Numbered from the stretch's first letter, positions 47,543-58,494 are shown. The stretch is DNA of 64,000 nt from Mucilaginibacter sp. (GCA_030445275.1 JAUCSE010000066.1:10336-74335); one strand, 5' to 3'. Notes: generated by a model not told the origin, from the letters alone. Program-made: numbers and translations.

Positions 47543-48967
47543 TTAAAGATCAAGAAAGTATTTTGAAAAATTCAATAGTTCCTGTTCATTAAAATGTTTT
47601 GTTATTAATTGTAATCCTAACGGCAAACCATGGCTATTATTGCCGACAGGTAATGAAATGGCGGGTGCACCGGTTAGTGATGCCTGTACGGTAAAAATAT
47701 CAGAAAGGTACGTTACCACCGGATCTTTTTCCTCAGTACCAAGGGCAAATGCGGGTTCGGGGGCAGTTGGTACCAGTATAAAATCGTACTCATTTAATAT
47801 CTGATCTGTTTTTTCCCGGATCAGGCGGCGTACTTTTTGAGCTTTGGCATAGTAAGCGTCATAATAACCCGCACTAAGCACAAATGTACCCAGCATAATT
47901 CGGCGTTTTACTTCTTTACCAAATCCTTCGGAGCGCGAACGTTTATAGGTAGACTGCAGGTCATCAGCCGATGGGCTGCGATAACCATAATGCACCCCAT
48001 CAAACCGGGCCAGGTTTGATGATGCCTCGGCCATGGCCAAAATATAATAGGCCGGCACCAGGTAATCCAACTGCTCAAACGCTATTGGTTTTACGGTGTG
48101 TCCATCGGCGCGCAGTTTATCAATATATTTTACCAGCGCATCCTTTACCTCGGCATCAACGCCGGGGCTTGAAAGGGCTTCCTGTAAATAGGCTATCTTT
48201 TTTTTGCCTGGCTTTTCTATATGGTTCGAAAATTTGGGAACTTCCTTTTGGGCCAGGGTACTATCATATTCATCAGGGCCAGCCATGATTTCCAGCAATA
48301 GAGCAGCATCCTCAACCGAGCGGGTAATGGGACCAACCTGGTCAAATGATGATGCAAAAGCGATAATACCATGCCTTGAGATGCGGCCATAGGTAGGTTT
48401 TAAGCCTATTACTCCACAAAATGATGCTGGTTGCCTTACCGAACCGCCCGTATCAGTACCAATGGCAGCATGGCACATGTTGGCCTGCACTGCAACTGCC
48501 GATCCGCCGGATGAACCTCCCGAAACCCGGGTTTCGTCGGCATAGTTTTTTACCGGACCATAAAATGAGGTTTCGTTTGCTCCACCCATGGCAAACTCAT
48601 CGCAATTGCAACGACCAATAATAACCGCGTCCTGAGCTAAAAGCCGTTCAACAATGGTTGATGAATAAATAGAGGTGAAACCCGTTAATATTTTTGAGGA
48701 GGCACTTACCTTGTGCCCTTTATAGCAAATATTATCCTTAATAGCGATAACCATACCGGCCAGTTTACCGGCGGTACCATCTTTTAAACGGTTGTCAATG
48801 TTTTTTGCGTTGATTAATGCTTCTTGTTCAAAAACCTCGTTAAAGGCATTTAAATGAGCATTTTTTTTGATTTGATCAAGATAACCTTTTACCAGTCCTT
48901 CAACTGTAATTTCCGCACGTTGCAACCCGCTCCTTATTTCGCTTAAAGAGGAATAAAATTTAGCCAT
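47543..48967 (-). CDS. gatA: Asp-tRNA(Asn)/Glu-tRNA(Gln) amidotransferase subunit A
   Basis: 474 aa. Amidase signature GGSSGGSAVAV...GTDTGGSVRQPA. Confidence 0.9.
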   Translation of the reverse strand: MAKFYSSLSEIRSGLQRAEITVEGLVKGYLDQIKKNAHLNAFNEVFEQEALINAKNIDNRLKDGTAGKLAGMVIAIKDNICYKGHKVSASSKILTGFTSIYSSTIVERLLAQDAVIIGRCNCDEFAMGGANETSFYGPVKNYADETRVSGGSSGGSAVAVQANMCHAAIGTDTGGSVRQPASFCGVIGLKPTYGRISRHGIIAFASSFDQVGPITRSVEDAALLLEIMAGPDEYDSTLAQKEVPKFSNHIEKPGKKKIAYLQEALSSPGVDAEVKDALVKYIDKLRADGHTVKPIAFEQLDYLVPAYYILAMAEASSNLARFDGVHYGYRSPSADDLQSTYKRSRSEGFGKEVKRRIMLGTFVLSAGYYDAYYAKAQKVRRLIREKTDQILNEYDFILVPTAPEPAFALGTEEKDPVVTYLSDIFTVQASLTGAPAISLPVGNNSHGLPLGLQLITKHFNEQELLNFSKYFLDL

Positions 48968-48978
48968 GGGGCTAAAAT

Positions 48979-49021
48979 AAAAAACTTATCTGTTGAAATA
49001 CGAAATAATTCAACAGATAAG
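48979..49021 (-). terminator. intrinsic terminator downstream of tatA
   Basis: CTTATCTGTTGAA (48985-48997) pairs with TTCAACAGATAAG (49009-49021). The A-run before it becomes a U-run on the minus strand. Confidence 0.55.
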
Positions 49022-49076
49022 TGTATATGCTTAGAAAAATCAATAAATCAAGTTAACCTAAGTAATACTTAAAGTA

Positions 49077-49253
49077 TTAAACTTTAGGTTTTTCTTCGGT
49101 TGATGATGTATTGCTTTCGCCGTTTTGCGCGTCTTTAAATTCTTTAACGCCTTTTCCTAAACCTCTCATTAGTTCAGGTATTTTTTTACCGCCAAACAAT
49201 AAAAGTATTGCAATGATGATCAGAATAATTTCTGGTGCGCCTAATCCACCCAT
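49077..49253 (-). CDS. tatA: twin-arginine translocase TatA/E family protein (58 aa; below ORF-track cutoff)
   Basis: Manual translation: [58 protein letters not shown]. Confidence 0.85.
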   Translation of the reverse strand: MGGLGAPEIILIIIAILLLFGGKKIPELMRGLGKGVKEFKDAQNGESNTSSTEEKPKV

Positions 49254-49284
49254 GATTTTTAAGTTTTATGTTATGTAAATTATA

Positions 49285-49731
49285 TTATGATTTGTGTTCT
49301 TCGTGTTCTGTTTTAGCAGGTTCTGTAGTTTTTTTGGTAAGATCAATATGAGTTTCAGTTACTGGCTCACTTTCACTACTTACGTAACTATCCGAGATAG
49401 GGATTGTGTTTGCTACCGTATTTTCTGCACCATGTATAGGATGCAAAGGCGTATTATCCTCAGCAACCGCGGTTTCATGCTCCGCAGAAGTTTCAATCAG
49501 CGGGGTTTCCGTCACTTTGGTTTCGGTTTTTTTATCCTCGTAGTTGTTTATCTGGTTATTGATTTCCCGTTTTACATCCTCAGAAGCATCTTTAAAATCA
49601 CGAATGCCTTTACCTAAGCCACGTGCCAGGTCAGGCAGCTTTTCGCCCCCGAAAAGCATTAATGCTGCAAAAAGTATCAGTACCATCTCGCCTGTACCAA
49701 TATTTAAAAATAAAAAAACTGAACTTAACAT
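49285..49731 (-). CDS. TatA/TatB-family paralogue with long acidic/Thr-rich C-terminal extension
   Basis: 148 aa. IGTGEMVLILFAALMLFGGEKLPDLARGLGKGIRDFKDA is the Tat TM plus amphipathic helix. Confidence 0.7.
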   Translation of the reverse strand: MLSSVFLFLNIGTGEMVLILFAALMLFGGEKLPDLARGLGKGIRDFKDASEDVKREINNQINNYEDKKTETKVTETPLIETSAEHETAVAEDNTPLHPIHGAENTVANTIPISDSYVSSESEPVTETHIDLTKKTTEPAKTEHEEHKS

Positions 49732-49790
49732 AGCATTTTTTTTAAGGTTACAAATATATACAATTAAAATTTCATAAAGTTCATAACTAA

Positions 49791-51080
49791 TTAGTTAGGT
49801 GTTAACCATATCTTAGGATTCACCGGTGACGTTCCCTTGTACACCTCAAAATGTGCCTCAGTTTCGCCGGTTGACGGATCTGTTGCTACCGTTCCTAAAA
49901 TTTGTTTAGTTGTAACTTTTTGGTTTCTTGCCACACTAACCGACCGCAAGTTACCATATACTGTAAAGTATTCCCCATGCCGTATCATCACCACATAGGT
50001 ACCACTTACATCAACCACCCTGATCACCTCGCCATCAAACACCGCCCGTACATTACTACCCTGGTTGGTTCTGATATCAACACCTGTGCTTTCGCTTTTA
50101 ATACCTTCGGGCGTGGTATACATACCAAACCCCTGGGTTATACCTCCATTAGCAACCGGCCATGGTAAACGGCCCCGGTTACCCAAAAAGTCGTTTGATA
50201 GCTTTGCTGCTTCGGGCGTAGCATTCAACAAACTTGAAGTGCTGCGTACCACTGGTTTTGCTGCAACAGGTGCCGCTTTATTTTCGGCTTTGGCTTTTGC
50301 TGCAGCTATTCTTGCAGCTTCCCTGGCTTCTTCTTCGGCCTTGCGCCTTGCCTCTTCAATTTCCCTGCGGATGGCCGCACCTATTTCCCTGTTTGTTTTA
50401 GCAATTTTCGCCTGAACCTCGCGCTGCTGCTGTTTTAGCTGCCCCTGGTGCTGCGACAAATCGCTCACTACTTTTACCTGGTTATTCTTTTCTTTACCCA
50501 GTGTTTCTTTTTCTTTTTCCTGATCTGCCAGTAAAGAGCTTTTCTCCTGTTTATTTTTATCAAGCTCGTTTATTTTTACATGCAGTTCTTTTTGCGTTCC
50601 CTGTATATAGCCGGCTTGCCGCTCGCGGTAAGTACCAAACTGTTGTAAATAGGTTAAACGTTTATAGGCCTGGTTAAAATCCTTTGATGCAAAAATAAAC
50701 ATCAGCTTATTATAGGCACTTTGATTGCGATATGCAAAAAGCACCATAGCTGCGTATTCTTTTTTTAGCTGGTCAAGCTGCTTTTGCAAACTATGTACGG
50801 TATTATTACTCTCAGAGATTTGGTTATCTAAATTTCTTACTTCAGAATTAATGATATTTATTTTTTCTTCCCGCAAATTTATCTGCGCTTTTAACAAACT
50901 CAACTGTTTTAAGGTAGCTTTCTTATTACTGGCAGTTTCCTGGTAATCTCTGTTTAGCTTATCCAGCTCTTCTGATAATTTGTCGCGTCTGCGTTTAAGC
51001 TCCTGACTGCTTTGGGCATGCACATCAACCGCAACAAATACTGCTATTATAAAGAATACTGCTTTTAAAAATTTCATCAA
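49791..51080 (-). CDS. M23 peptidase / EnvC-like murein hydrolase activator with coiled-coil
   Basis: 429 aa. Signal peptide, a long coiled-coil, and a C-terminal LytM domain (GVDIRTNQGSNVRAVFDGEV...HFEVYKG). Confidence 0.8.
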   Translation of the reverse strand: MMKFLKAVFFIIAVFVAVDVHAQSSQELKRRRDKLSEELDKLNRDYQETASNKKATLKQLSLLKAQINLREEKINIINSEVRNLDNQISESNNTVHSLQKQLDQLKKEYAAMVLFAYRNQSAYNKLMFIFASKDFNQAYKRLTYLQQFGTYRERQAGYIQGTQKELHVKINELDKNKQEKSSLLADQEKEKETLGKEKNNQVKVVSDLSQHQGQLKQQQREVQAKIAKTNREIGAAIRREIEEARRKAEEEAREAARIAAAKAKAENKAAPVAAKPVVRSTSSLLNATPEAAKLSNDFLGNRGRLPWPVANGGITQGFGMYTTPEGIKSESTGVDIRTNQGSNVRAVFDGEVIRVVDVSGTYVVMIRHGEYFTVYGNLRSVSVARNQKVTTKQILGTVATDPSTGETEAHFEVYKGTSPVNPKIWLTPN

Positions 51081-51094
51081 ACAAACATAATTAA

Positions 51095-51886
51095 TTATTT
51101 GGCCGGCTCATAACTGGCAGGGATACTAAATGGGTAACTCTGCTGCACATCAAAGTCGGCCTTTGTATAATGCAAATTAATTTGTATTTTTTTATTTTTT
51201 ACTACCGATGCAATATCTATTTGCGAGGGTATAACCCGGTTAGTAGCCTGTATAAATGTGTTGTTGGTTACCTGCAATGATTGCCCTTCATTTTGATTTG
51301 ACAAATTGGTTTGCGTAACTTTTAAATCAGCACCTACTATCAGTTTATATAACAAATCCTGGAGGTTCCCACTCAGGGTAACGTTTCCATCGGCTGTCGC
51401 AAAATCAGCCTTAGGATTCAGCAGCTCCGGTATAGCATTGCCTATCAGTAACGATTCAAGCGTTTTATAATTAACCTGACTGCTTGCAAATTTATATACA
51501 TAACTAAAAGGTTGTTTTATATATTGACCCTGCAGACGATTAATGACCAAAATGCTATCAGGTGTAATAAGTGCGCGGGCAGCTTCAACACCCAAAATAG
51601 CGGTAATAGAAACCCATATTCTTTTATCACGCTCAATGCGAATGTTCAAGGTAACATCATTGCTGTTGCCATTAATATCAAGCTTGGTTTTAGCTTTACC
51701 TGCAAACGTATTGAAGTTCACCTGTTTGCCCCTTATAGCATCAAGCCTGCTACTTACATTGTTATCCGCTGGCTTTGCACTTGAGTCTGCCTTGCGGGCA
51801 ACCACCACATGCTTTCGCGCGGCACAACTTGCCATAACCAGCAGGCAGCAAGCCGTCAATAACTTATTCGATATATTTCTTCTCAT
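51095..51886 (-). CDS. DUF4292-like (LolB-fold) lipoprotein
   Basis: 263 aa. Lipobox LVMASC. Overlaps the upstream TPR gene by 23 nt. Confidence 0.6.
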   Translation of the reverse strand: MRRNISNKLLTACCLLVMASCAARKHVVVARKADSSAKPADNNVSSRLDAIRGKQVNFNTFAGKAKTKLDINGNSNDVTLNIRIERDKRIWVSITAILGVEAARALITPDSILVINRLQGQYIKQPFSYVYKFASSQVNYKTLESLLIGNAIPELLNPKADFATADGNVTLSGNLQDLLYKLIVGADLKVTQTNLSNQNEGQSLQVTNNTFIQATNRVIPSQIDIASVVKNKKIQINLHYTKADFDVQQSYPFSIPASYEPAK

Positions 51887-53636
51887 TTATTTTACGCTCT
51901 AATACCGGCGATTGCTCACCGGCGCTTTTAGCTTTTTTCCAGTTTTGTACGGCTGCATCTGTATTACCCAGGTAAAACAAAATATCGCCGTAATGTTCAT
52001 ATTTGGCCGAACTGTTATCCTTATCATGCGTCATTGCCTTCTCCATCCATACCTTTGCTTCAGCATATTTCTTTTGCTTAAATAGCACCCAGGCGTAAGT
52101 ATCTTCAAACGATGATGTACTAGGTTGCAACTCATTGGAGCGGGCCGACATTTGTGCGGCTTTATCCAAAGCTTCATTTCTTAACGATAAATAATAAGCA
52201 TAATTGTTTAAAGTATACGCATTATCAGGGTTATAGGTCAAAGCCTTATCATAAGCATCATCAGAGCTTTTATTGTCTTTCTGGTCATGGTAACAATCAC
52301 CCAGCAACGAAAAACTTAGCGAAAGTAGATCCTTATCCTGAATTTCTAATGAAGTTGCATTTTTAGCATAACCCAGGGCTTTTTTGAAATCCTTTTTTTG
52401 TGCCCACGCTACGCCCACCATATAATTCATCCAGCCCTGGTTAGGGAATAGCGAAAGTGCGTTTTCGCCATCCTTAATAGTAGCATCCATATCGTTTTCA
52501 CTTAACTCTACCCTTACCAGTTGTTCATGCACCGCGTACACTTGCTCATTAAGTTCAATTGACTTTTTATAGGCTTGCCTGGCTTCTTTATATTTGGTGT
52601 TTTGCAATAACATATCGCCATAAATGGCATAAGCTTTGGCATCAGCCGGATGCGCTATAGTTAATACATGGCTTAATTCAAGGGCGCTGGCTTTGGCATT
52701 TGGCTCTGGAAATTTGGGAAAGTAGCCCGCAATGATCCTTATTTTTTGATCGATACTAATATCCGGATTTGAAAATGCTAATGTTAATTCATTAAACGCA
52801 AGCTCATTACTTTTTTTATCCCGGTAAATATCCGCTAGCGCTAAATGTATCATGCCGTTATTGCTGTCTTGCTTTTCGGCTTGCTGCAAAACTTTCAGCG
52901 CTTTATCATTTAGTCCGTTTGAATTGTAAATTTCGGCCAGCAATAAATAATAACGTATCTGGCCCGGATTATCAGCTATAGCCTTTTCAAGCTCGGCGGC
53001 GGCTTTATCAACCTTACCTTGTTTCAAATAAATTTTTTGACGGCTTGCCAAAATATCGTCACTTGGCCCCGTAATTTGTTCTAACTGATCATATACTTTC
53101 AGTGCATCATCATATCTTTTTAAATAAAGGTAGGCATTGGCTTTATCAAAATAATAATCAGGTTTATCAGGATTTATCCTGGTCAGTTGATTAAATACAT
53201 TTTCAAGTTTATTGACACTATTACTTTTCCCATAGCTGTCGGCAAGCGCTGCCCAATACCATTCATTGTTGGGACTAATAGCAACGGCCTTCTCTAACAA
53301 GGCCTGCGCTCCCGCGTTATCATTTTGTGATTTTTTAAGATTAGCAAGCTCAAACATAGAGGCATCATTGCCGGGGTCGGTTTGTAATACCCGTTCAAAT
53401 ATTTCGGCAGCCCGTTTGGTATTGTCAATTGTTTTTTCGCGTATTGCCGAAAAGAAAAGCTGCTTAACCATCATGCTGTCAGCTGTATTCATAGGCTTGG
53501 TCGGGGCAGCCTTTTGCCCTTGCACAGACCCTGCGTTTAGAATAAGGATTAAAGACAAAAGAGCAAAGACAGCTCCAAAATTTCGGATGCTATTCTTATT
53601 CTGCCGTTTGCTATATTTCAATTCCTCATTCTTCAT
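51864..53636 (-). CDS. tetratricopeptide repeat protein
   Basis: 590 aa. Signal/TM segment followed by many TPR units. Confidence 0.7.
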   Translation of the reverse strand: MKNEELKYSKRQNKNSIRNFGAVFALLSLILILNAGSVQGQKAAPTKPMNTADSMMVKQLFFSAIREKTIDNTKRAAEIFERVLQTDPGNDASMFELANLKKSQNDNAGAQALLEKAVAISPNNEWYWAALADSYGKSNSVNKLENVFNQLTRINPDKPDYYFDKANAYLYLKRYDDALKVYDQLEQITGPSDDILASRQKIYLKQGKVDKAAAELEKAIADNPGQIRYYLLLAEIYNSNGLNDKALKVLQQAEKQDSNNGMIHLALADIYRDKKSNELAFNELTLAFSNPDISIDQKIRIIAGYFPKFPEPNAKASALELSHVLTIAHPADAKAYAIYGDMLLQNTKYKEARQAYKKSIELNEQVYAVHEQLVRVELSENDMDATIKDGENALSLFPNQGWMNYMVGVAWAQKKDFKKALGYAKNATSLEIQDKDLLSLSFSLLGDCYHDQKDNKSSDDAYDKALTYNPDNAYTLNNYAYYLSLRNEALDKAAQMSARSNELQPSTSSFEDTYAWVLFKQKKYAEAKVWMEKAMTHDKDNSSAKYEHYGDILFYLGNTDAAVQNWKKAKSAGEQSPVLERKINEKKYIE

Positions 53637-53718
53637 ATCTGCCTGTATCCTTATTACTTATTATCTGACCGTATATCTTTATTCCTCTTTTTATCTTTTG
53701 TCCTTGCTCCCTATTAAT

Positions 53719-54153
53719 CTACTTAATAGCGGTATGGCCAAATCCACCCTCGCCGCGGGTAGTGTCGTTTAATATCTCCACTTCGTCCCAGTTCACTTTT
53801 TCGTGTTTGGCAACCACCATTTGCGCAATCCTGTCGCCGTTATTGATCTCAAAGGCTTCGGTCGAAAAATTGATGAGCAGCACCTTGATCTCACCGCGAT
53901 AATCAGCATCAATAGTACCCGGCGAATTAACAATACCTATACCGTGTTTAAATGCCAGTCCGCTACGTGGACGTATCTGCGCTTCAAAGCCCTCGGGTAG
54001 TTCAATATGTAAACCTGTTGGAATGAGTTTACGCTCCATTGGTTTAAGCAATATGGTTTCATCCAGATCGGCACGCAGGTCCATACCAGCAGCATGAGCA
54101 GTTTCATAAGCCGGCAAACTATTTTTTGACTTGTTAATTATGCGGATGGTCAT
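53719..54153 (-). CDS. dut: dUTP diphosphatase
   Basis: 144 aa. [22 protein letters not shown] and RGEGGFGHT motifs. Confidence 0.92.
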   Translation of the reverse strand: MTIRIINKSKNSLPAYETAHAAGMDLRADLDETILLKPMERKLIPTGLHIELPEGFEAQIRPRSGLAFKHGIGIVNSPGTIDADYRGEIKVLLINFSTEAFEINNGDRIAQMVVAKHEKVNWDEVEILNDTTRGEGGFGHTAIK

Positions 54154-55652
54154 CGTTTACGAAATATAATTTTTAAATCCTTGCGTTCAAAATAAAAAGC
54201 AGCCCCTGCAAATAATAGCAAAAGTGCATTACCTGCAAACAAGTTTCGTTTAAATACTGTAAAAGATAAAAATACGAATACAACTGATGCAATAATATAC
54301 GCTAGGTTCTTTTTAAGATTGTACGGAATAGGATAATTTTTTTGTCCCCATATGTACGAAAGTACCATCATGGTTGCATAAGCAGCTAAAGATATCCATG
54401 CCGATGCCATGTAGCTGTATTTGGGAATAAATATCCAATTTAATAAAATGGTTAACGCTGCACCAATACCTGATATGTACAAGCCATATTTGGTTTGATC
54501 AGATAGTTTATACCAAACCGACAAGTTCATATAAATACCCAAACTTAAATAACCGAAAAGCAATGGAGGAACCACACCCAATCCCGACCAGTATATATTT
54601 TTTGCGGTATGTTTACCAACAATAATTAAGGCTAAAATATCAACATTAGCCGTGAGAGCAACGCATATTATAGCTACTGTAATTACAAAATAAGTCATTA
54701 TACGTGCATAAGTGTCGCCTGAATTTTTATTCTTTGCATGGCTGAAAAAGAAAGGTTCGGCTCCCAAACGGAATGCCTGTACAAAAATACTCAGGAACAA
54801 GGCTATTTTGGCACACATACCATAAATGCCTACTTCCTGATCACTGATGTTATGCGGCAGCATTTGTTTTAGCATAGCCTTATCTAAGGACTCGTTTACG
54901 ATGAATGAAATATTGGCAACAAGCACGGGCCAGCTATAAACAAACATTTCCTTAAACATTGGCCAGTTAAACTTCAGTCTTAACTTTAATATCTCGGGCA
55001 ACAATAAAAAAATGGTAAGGATGCTGGCAACCGTATTCGATAAAAAAACATATCCTACCCACTTAGGCCGGTACCAGGTTACCATCCATTGGCTACCCGG
55101 TAAATGGTGCCTGATTATATAAGGTATAGCAAACAGGAAAAACAAATTAAAAGACAGTACAATGAGTATGTTAAGACATTTAATTACTCCATATCTTATC
55201 GGACGTCCATCGGCACGTATTTTTGCAAATGGTATTACACAAAAGGCATCAGTCACTAGTATGATCAGAAAACACTTTACATAAAAAGCATAGTCGGCAT
55301 GGTCTTTAACCTCACCAGCCTGCAAAAAACTAATGATTGGATCTAAAAAAAGTAAAGAAAACAACAAGAACACTACCGAAACAGCAATGACCGCCCCGAA
55401 AGCATTGTTATAAACCAGTTGCTTATTATCCTCGCGTTTATGCAGGTATCTGAAAAACGTAGTTTCCATGCCAAATGACAAAACAGCATTTGTGATAGAA
55501 GCATAACCATACATGGCTGTAAATATGCCATTGCCGCCAACGGGTAAAGCCCGTGAGTAAAAAGGTGTTAAGGCAAAGGCTATCATCCGGGAGAGGATGG
55601 TACTTAAACCATATATAGCCGTTTGCCCGGCAAATTTTTTAGCAGTTGACAA
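54150..55652 (-). CDS. MOP-superfamily oligosaccharide/polysaccharide flippase
   Basis: 500 aa with about 12-14 TM segments. ATGA overlap with dut. Confidence 0.65.
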   Translation of the reverse strand: MSTAKKFAGQTAIYGLSTILSRMIAFALTPFYSRALPVGGNGIFTAMYGYASITNAVLSFGMETTFFRYLHKREDNKQLVYNNAFGAVIAVSVVFLLFSLLFLDPIISFLQAGEVKDHADYAFYVKCFLIILVTDAFCVIPFAKIRADGRPIRYGVIKCLNILIVLSFNLFFLFAIPYIIRHHLPGSQWMVTWYRPKWVGYVFLSNTVASILTIFLLLPEILKLRLKFNWPMFKEMFVYSWPVLVANISFIVNESLDKAMLKQMLPHNISDQEVGIYGMCAKIALFLSIFVQAFRLGAEPFFFSHAKNKNSGDTYARIMTYFVITVAIICVALTANVDILALIIVGKHTAKNIYWSGLGVVPPLLFGYLSLGIYMNLSVWYKLSDQTKYGLYISGIGAALTILLNWIFIPKYSYMASAWISLAAYATMMVLSYIWGQKNYPIPYNLKKNLAYIIASVVFVFLSFTVFKRNLFAGNALLLLFAGAAFYFERKDLKIIFRKR

Positions 55653-55692
55653 TGTTGATGTATGGAGTAATAAACTAATTGAACCTCTTAAA

Positions 55693-55974
55693 TTACAGGC
55701 TTCTTTTTACGACCTCAAAATTACGATAGTTTTTTAATTCGCCCTCATGGGTTTCAACAGAAGTTACCTCGGCATCCTGGGGGCCCTCGTTACACCAGTC
55801 CATAAACATTTCGAGTGTGGTATTATCAGCTTCGGCGGCTATAAAAACATCGCCGTTGGGCTCATTTTTTACAAATCCCCGTACGCCTAACTGGTCGGCA
55901 ACTGCCTTGGTTGATTTACGATAAAAAACGCCCTGAACTTTACCCTTTACTGTGATATCGAGATGCCTGATCAT
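55693..55974 (-). CDS. acyP: acylphosphatase
   Basis: 93 aa. VKGKVQGVFYRKST...GVRGFVKNEPNGDV. Confidence 0.85.
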   Translation of the reverse strand: MIRHLDITVKGKVQGVFYRKSTKAVADQLGVRGFVKNEPNGDVFIAAEADNTTLEMFMDWCNEGPQDAEVTSVETHEGELKNYRNFEVVKRSL

Positions 55975-55996
55975 TGAATTTACTAAGTTAGATGAT

Positions 55997-56075
55997 GTTG
56001 ATTGGGTTGATTAAGTTGTAGGTGACGATATTGAATACAAATTTAACTCTTTCCAACTCAATCAACCTAATCAAC
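55997..56075. repeat. family-3-related hairpin (GTTGATTGGGTTGATTAAGTTG / CAACTCAATCAACCTAATCAAC)
   Basis: 22-nt arms, 55997-56018 and 56054-56075, with 20 of 22 pairs Watson-Crick. Shares CAATCAACCTAATC and TCCAACTCAAT with 31972-32008. Confidence 0.7.
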
Positions 56076-56078
56076 TTA

Positions 56079-57245
56079 TTAAGCCAGCTTTTTAACCTTT
56101 GTTTCCGGTGTTATTTTTAATCCATCTAAACCGGTCAGGAGATTAAGCCCTGGTATTTTTCCGGGTTCAAGTGTGCCCTTTTCATCATCAATGCCCAAAA
56201 GGGTAGCGCCGTTAATGGTACCCCATTGAATCAATTTTTCGGTGCTGATTGCCGGAAACTTTTTCTGAATGGTGCGCATTTCGCTCAATATACACAGGCT
56301 GCTGTTAGATGCCAGGCTATCGGTACCCAGCGTAATATTAAAGCCCTGATCAACAAACAGTTGTACTTTAGGGAGGTGATTCTCAATGTATAAATTAGCA
56401 TTAGGGCAAAAACACCAGTTTATTTTACGATCAAAACGTTTGGTAAAGTATATGTCTTTTAAATTGGTGCAAGTGTTATGAACCAATAAAACCTGTTGTT
56501 TATTGGTCAATAATGGAATAATGGATTGCAATGAATTACGGGCCTGTGGCTTAAAATGGCTGATATCCATACCAAAATGATCGTAAAGGTCCAGAAAGCC
56601 TCCCAACTTGTAACGGTAAAATTTATTTTCGTCCTCACATTCCTGGTTATGTATACTGATCAGGTTGTGCTCCTGGTCGCTATGCTTTTTGATCAGTTTA
56701 AATAACTCTTTGGATACAGAATATGGCGCATGAGGCGTAATTGAACAGGATTGTGGTTTAAATTCATTCAGTAACTCCATTGACTTGCTAAAAACCTCGT
56801 CGGCACGCTGGGGTAAAAAACCAAAGGTTTCAACAAAAGTATGGTAGTATATTTTACTTTTGGCTTTAACCGGGATGCTTAAATTACTATTTGAGATATC
56901 GCCAACGGCCACAATACCATTCGCATACATCTCCTCATCAGCTTTTTGAATAGCATCCTGTGCTTGTTTGTCATCAGCTTTTCTGAAAGCTTGTACTTCC
57001 TTTATAAAATTTATTAAACCAGTGCGGGGTTGTATCTTGTCTTTGAGATGTGATAGTTCAACATGGCAGTGGGTATTTACAAATCCCGGGCAAATGATAC
57101 CACTTAAGTGTTCAACAGGGCCATCGGGGGGATTATTGTGGTCTGAAACGGAGATGATCCTGCCTCGGTCATCTACGGTAACAAATCCATTCTTAATAGG
57201 GTCGGTAAAAACAGGAAAAACGTAATCGGCTTTAAAACTTTTCAT
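56079..57245 (-). CDS. metal-dependent amidohydrolase family protein
   Basis: 388 aa. PGFVNTHCHVELSH metal-binding motif and a C-terminal GTDS motif. Confidence 0.7.
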   Translation of the reverse strand: MKSFKADYVFPVFTDPIKNGFVTVDDRGRIISVSDHNNPPDGPVEHLSGIICPGFVNTHCHVELSHLKDKIQPRTGLINFIKEVQAFRKADDKQAQDAIQKADEEMYANGIVAVGDISNSNLSIPVKAKSKIYYHTFVETFGFLPQRADEVFSKSMELLNEFKPQSCSITPHAPYSVSKELFKLIKKHSDQEHNLISIHNQECEDENKFYRYKLGGFLDLYDHFGMDISHFKPQARNSLQSIIPLLTNKQQVLLVHNTCTNLKDIYFTKRFDRKINWCFCPNANLYIENHLPKVQLFVDQGFNITLGTDSLASNSSLCILSEMRTIQKKFPAISTEKLIQWGTINGATLLGIDDEKGTLEPGKIPGLNLLTGLDGLKITPETKVKKLA

Positions 57246-57403
57246 TAATATATTATATCACTTAGTATCAATCTCATACGCTTTCTATTAAAACAACCAT
57301 ACAAAATTAAGTAAAATTAACTTTTAGTTATTGTTTTTAATCATTCAAAAAAGAATGACTTTAAAATAAGATAGAATTTTTTAAAATTCAGTACTTTTGC
57401 ACC

Positions 57404-58471
57404 GTGAATAATGCAAAAGATAAAATAGACATCCGCAGTCTCAGTCTGGAAGCCTTGCAGGAGCATTTTATCCGTATGGAGGAAAAAAGTTTCAGGGCTA
57501 AACAAGTTTTCGAATGGCTTTGGAAAAAATCGTGCTTCTCTTTTAACGAGATGAGCAATATTTCAAAAGAACTGCGCACCAAACTTGACGATAACTTTGT
57601 TATTAATAATGTTAAAATAAACTCATCGCAAGTTAGTGCTGATAAAACTATAAAAAATTCTTTTATTTTACACGATACTCACTTAATTGAGGGTGTTTTA
57701 ATTCCTACTCCCGGCCGTATGACGGCTTGTGTATCATCACAAGTGGGCTGCAGTCTTACCTGCAAGTTTTGCGCTACCGGTTATATGGATCGTAAACGCA
57801 ACCTGAATCCCGACGAAATTTATGACCAGGTAGTACTGATTGACAGGCAGGCCCGCGAAAATTATGGCGTGCCATTATCAAACATTGTATACATGGGTAT
57901 GGGCGAGCCTTTGCTTAACTATGCCAATATGATGAAATCTGTTGAGCGCATTACTGCGGAGGACGGCCTGAACATGTCGCCAAAAAGAATTACCGTATCA
58001 ACAGCGGGCATAGCCAAAATGATCAAAAAGCTAGGTGATGACCAGGTAAAGTTTAACCTTGCTTTGTCGTTACATGCAGCCAACGACGAAAAGCGGAACA
58101 CCATAATGCCTATTAACGAGCAAAACTCCTTAAAGGCGCTGGCCGAAGCTTTGAAATATTACTACGCCAAAACTAAAAACCCGGTAACCTACGAGTACAT
58201 TATTTTTGATGGTGTTAATGATGGTATTCAGGATGCTATGGAACTGGCTAAATTTTGTAAACACCTGCCCTGCAAAGTAAATATCATTGAATATAATCCG
58301 ATAGCCTTTGCCAGCTATATTAATGCTGATGAAGATAAAGTAGAAGCTTTTGCTGCCTATCTGCAAAAACAAGGCATCAATACACACCTGCGCCGCAGCC
58401 GCGGCAAGGATATTGATGCAGCCTGCGGGCAGTTGGCTATTAAAGAAAAAGCCAAAGTTGCCGAAGTTTAA
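57404..58471 (+). CDS. rlmN: 23S rRNA/tRNA A-C2 methyltransferase RlmN (radical SAM)
   Basis: 355 aa (GTG start). FRAKQVFEWLW, CSLTCKFCATG and GMGEPL motifs. Confidence 0.9.
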   Translation: MNNAKDKIDIRSLSLEALQEHFIRMEEKSFRAKQVFEWLWKKSCFSFNEMSNISKELRTKLDDNFVINNVKINSSQVSADKTIKNSFILHDTHLIEGVLIPTPGRMTACVSSQVGCSLTCKFCATGYMDRKRNLNPDEIYDQVVLIDRQARENYGVPLSNIVYMGMGEPLLNYANMMKSVERITAEDGLNMSPKRITVSTAGIAKMIKKLGDDQVKFNLALSLHAANDEKRNTIMPINEQNSLKALAEALKYYYAKTKNPVTYEYIIFDGVNDGIQDAMELAKFCKHLPCKVNIIEYNPIAFASYINADEDKVEAFAAYLQKQGINTHLRRSRGKDIDAACGQLAIKEKAKVAEV

Positions 58472-58494
58472 AAAATCCGTGTTAAATTCATGGC

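Noticed and set aside
57392-57399. Perfect TAnnTTTG box (TACTTTTG) in front of rlmN
   Set aside because: It ends only 4 nt before the GTG start at 57404. The N-terminal residues after that start are homologous to other RlmN proteins, so a transcription start downstream of this box would cut into the CDS. It is either a leaderless arrangement or a chance match, and is not called.
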